Shown piece by piece: positions 62,340 through 64,000 of a stretch of DNA of 64,000 nucleotides (the stretch's first letter is position 1; every line of letters begins with the position of its first letter). The notes under the pieces are model-generated. The model was not told the origin of the DNA. It was given only the letters and a program-made list of their open reading frames with translations, and did no database searches. The position numbers and the translations under genes were made by a program. The DNA is from Curvularia clavata (taxonomy: Eukaryota). The stretch spans positions 2,666,001 through 2,730,000 of the forward strand of contig CP089278.1 of the NCBI GenBank assembly GCA_023920165.1. Direction: 5' to 3'.

Positions 62340-64000
62340 ATGATGCCTCGTACAGACGATGGCGCCGCGGAGCAACGAGGCTCGCCCCTGGCACCTCGTC
62401 AAGACCTAGAGTCAGGCGCAAATTCATACATCCACGAGAAGGATGTAGCGATAGGTCTCGTAGGAGAGCATGCACAGGAAATCGATCCAGAAGTTGAGGC
62501 CAGAGTGCTAAGAAAGATTGACTGGTTCTTGATACCCGCCATGATCGTTGGTAAACGACCCTATGGTCTGTGAAACACTAGATCTTTGGATTAACACAAT
62601 CCAGGGTATGGATTGGTATACTACGACAAAGCCATACTGGGCTCTGCTGCTCTCTTCGGCATGACAAAGGACCTCTCCCTCAGCATCACCGACACCAGTA
62701 CCCGGCCGCCTACAACAAACACATCGCGCCTGTCGTGGGCCACCTCGCTCTTCTACTTCGGGATGCTAGCCGGTCTCTATCCCATGACGTTTGCCCTGCA
62801 GCGTTTCAATCTTGGGCGTATACTCGGCGGCGTAGTAATTCTTTGGGCTTTGATCTGCATGCTAACCGCAGCTGTAACCACGTACAAGGGGCTGTACGCA
62901 CAGCGCTTCTTCCTAGGCTTTGTGGAAAGCATTATACCCACGGGTTTTATGACAATAGTCTCTAGCTACTACACGCAGCAAGAACAAGCGATACGGCAGA
63001 GCTGGTGGTTCAGCTCTACGGGCCTGTTTACTATCATCGGTGGCGCACTCAACTACGGCTTTGCGCAGATTACGGCTGGAGACCTGAGACGCTGGCAGTA
63101 CATATATCTTTTGGCGGGCTGTCTGACGTTTCTGTTTGGCATATGGTGTTTTGTTATTCCCAACTCGTGTGCGTCGGCGTGGTTCCTCTCGCCTTCAGAA
63201 CGCATTGTTGCGGTCGAGCGGTTGCGTAAAGGCGCAACGGGTGTGCGGTGTCAGAAGATTAAACCCGCTCAGCTCAAGGAGGCAGCTCTGGATATCAAAC
63301 TGTGGCTCGTTTTTATCCTCATGGCCTCGGCGTACACGGTCAACGGTGCAGTGTCTGGGTTTGGCCCGCTGATCGTAAGTACGTTTGGCTGGTCAACACT
63401 CGAGTCCATTCTCTGGCAATTTCCCCTCGGTGGCCTGTGCCTTATTACCATCCTACTATGTGGCTACCTTAGCTCGCGCATTCCAAATATCCGGCTGATC
63501 CTGCTTGTGGTAAACTGTCTCCCCGTAATTGCTGGCTGTGCTATGATTTGGAAAGCAGAATGGACGTACCATGCTGCTACACCTGTTTCAGGTTACTCCA
63601 TCATTGGCACTTTTGGCGCAGTTGTCAGCCAGACCATTGTCATTGGCATGTCCAATGTTGCGGGAGCGACGAAAAAGAGCGCCATGGCAGCTGCCATTTT
63701 CGTAGCGTATTGTGTAGGGAATATCGTAGGGCCGCAGTTAATCGACAGTCAGGAGAAGGCGGCGCATTACCCAAAGTTGTGGACGGGATTGATTATTTGG
63801 TATGTACACTGAGATGCAATTCCATCGCTTTTTTTTTTTTTTTTTTTTTTTTTTTTCAAATCTCTGACTTCAATTCTATTCTAACTGTTTCATTAACTTC
63901 AATCGATGCGAGAAGATGCTAATGAGATACATAGCTACTGCATCACCATCGCTGCAGCTATAGCTCTATACCTTGTTCTTCGACGTGAGAATAAGAAGAG
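62340..64000 (+). CDS. MFS transporter, allantoate permease (Dal5/anion:cation symporter) family; exons 62340-62550, 62605-63799, 63935->end; truncated by window edge
   Basis: Motifs VLRKIDWFLIP, YYDKAILG, SLFYFG, RFFLGFVES, YTQQEQ, NVAGATKK and YCVGNIVGPQ. Confidence 0.92.
63829..63856 (+). repeat. Poly(T)28 tract inside MFS intron 2
   Basis: Read directly. Confidence 0.85.

Overview
Gene-dense eukaryotic DNA from a filamentous ascomycete. Short GT-AG introns with CTRAC/CTAAC branch sites and the gene content suggest a Pleosporales-like Dothideomycete (inference). I can support about 25 protein-coding genes, most reconstructed across introns by hand: a dehydrin-like hydrophilic protein, an intronless secreted glycosidase with a discoidin/CBM32-like tail, an Upc2-type Zn2Cys6 factor next to an RTA1 protein, an OSGIN-like flavoprotein, a GAT-domain protein, an App1-like phosphatase, a cytochrome b561 protein, class II cAMP phosphodiesterase, eEF1B-gamma, MRPS9, epoxide hydrolase, GH76, a ZNF511-like protein, an Est1/SMG7-like protein, PAN3, adenosine kinase, a UBX protein, a truncated Dal5-type MFS permease and several hypothetical genes. 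The eEF1B-gamma intron hosts a box C/D snoRNA (snR38 homologue). I found no intact transposon, tRNA, rRNA or CRISPR array, and no clearly novel multi-gene system. The best leads are post-transcriptional: a likely mitochondrial isoform of adenosine kinase, very long AUG-depleted 5' leaders, a possible PAN3 N-terminal extension and competing splice donors in the ZNF511-like gene. A TF-RTA1 module and a bacterial-like glycosidase also merit checking. All family assignments are from motif recognition, not database searches.
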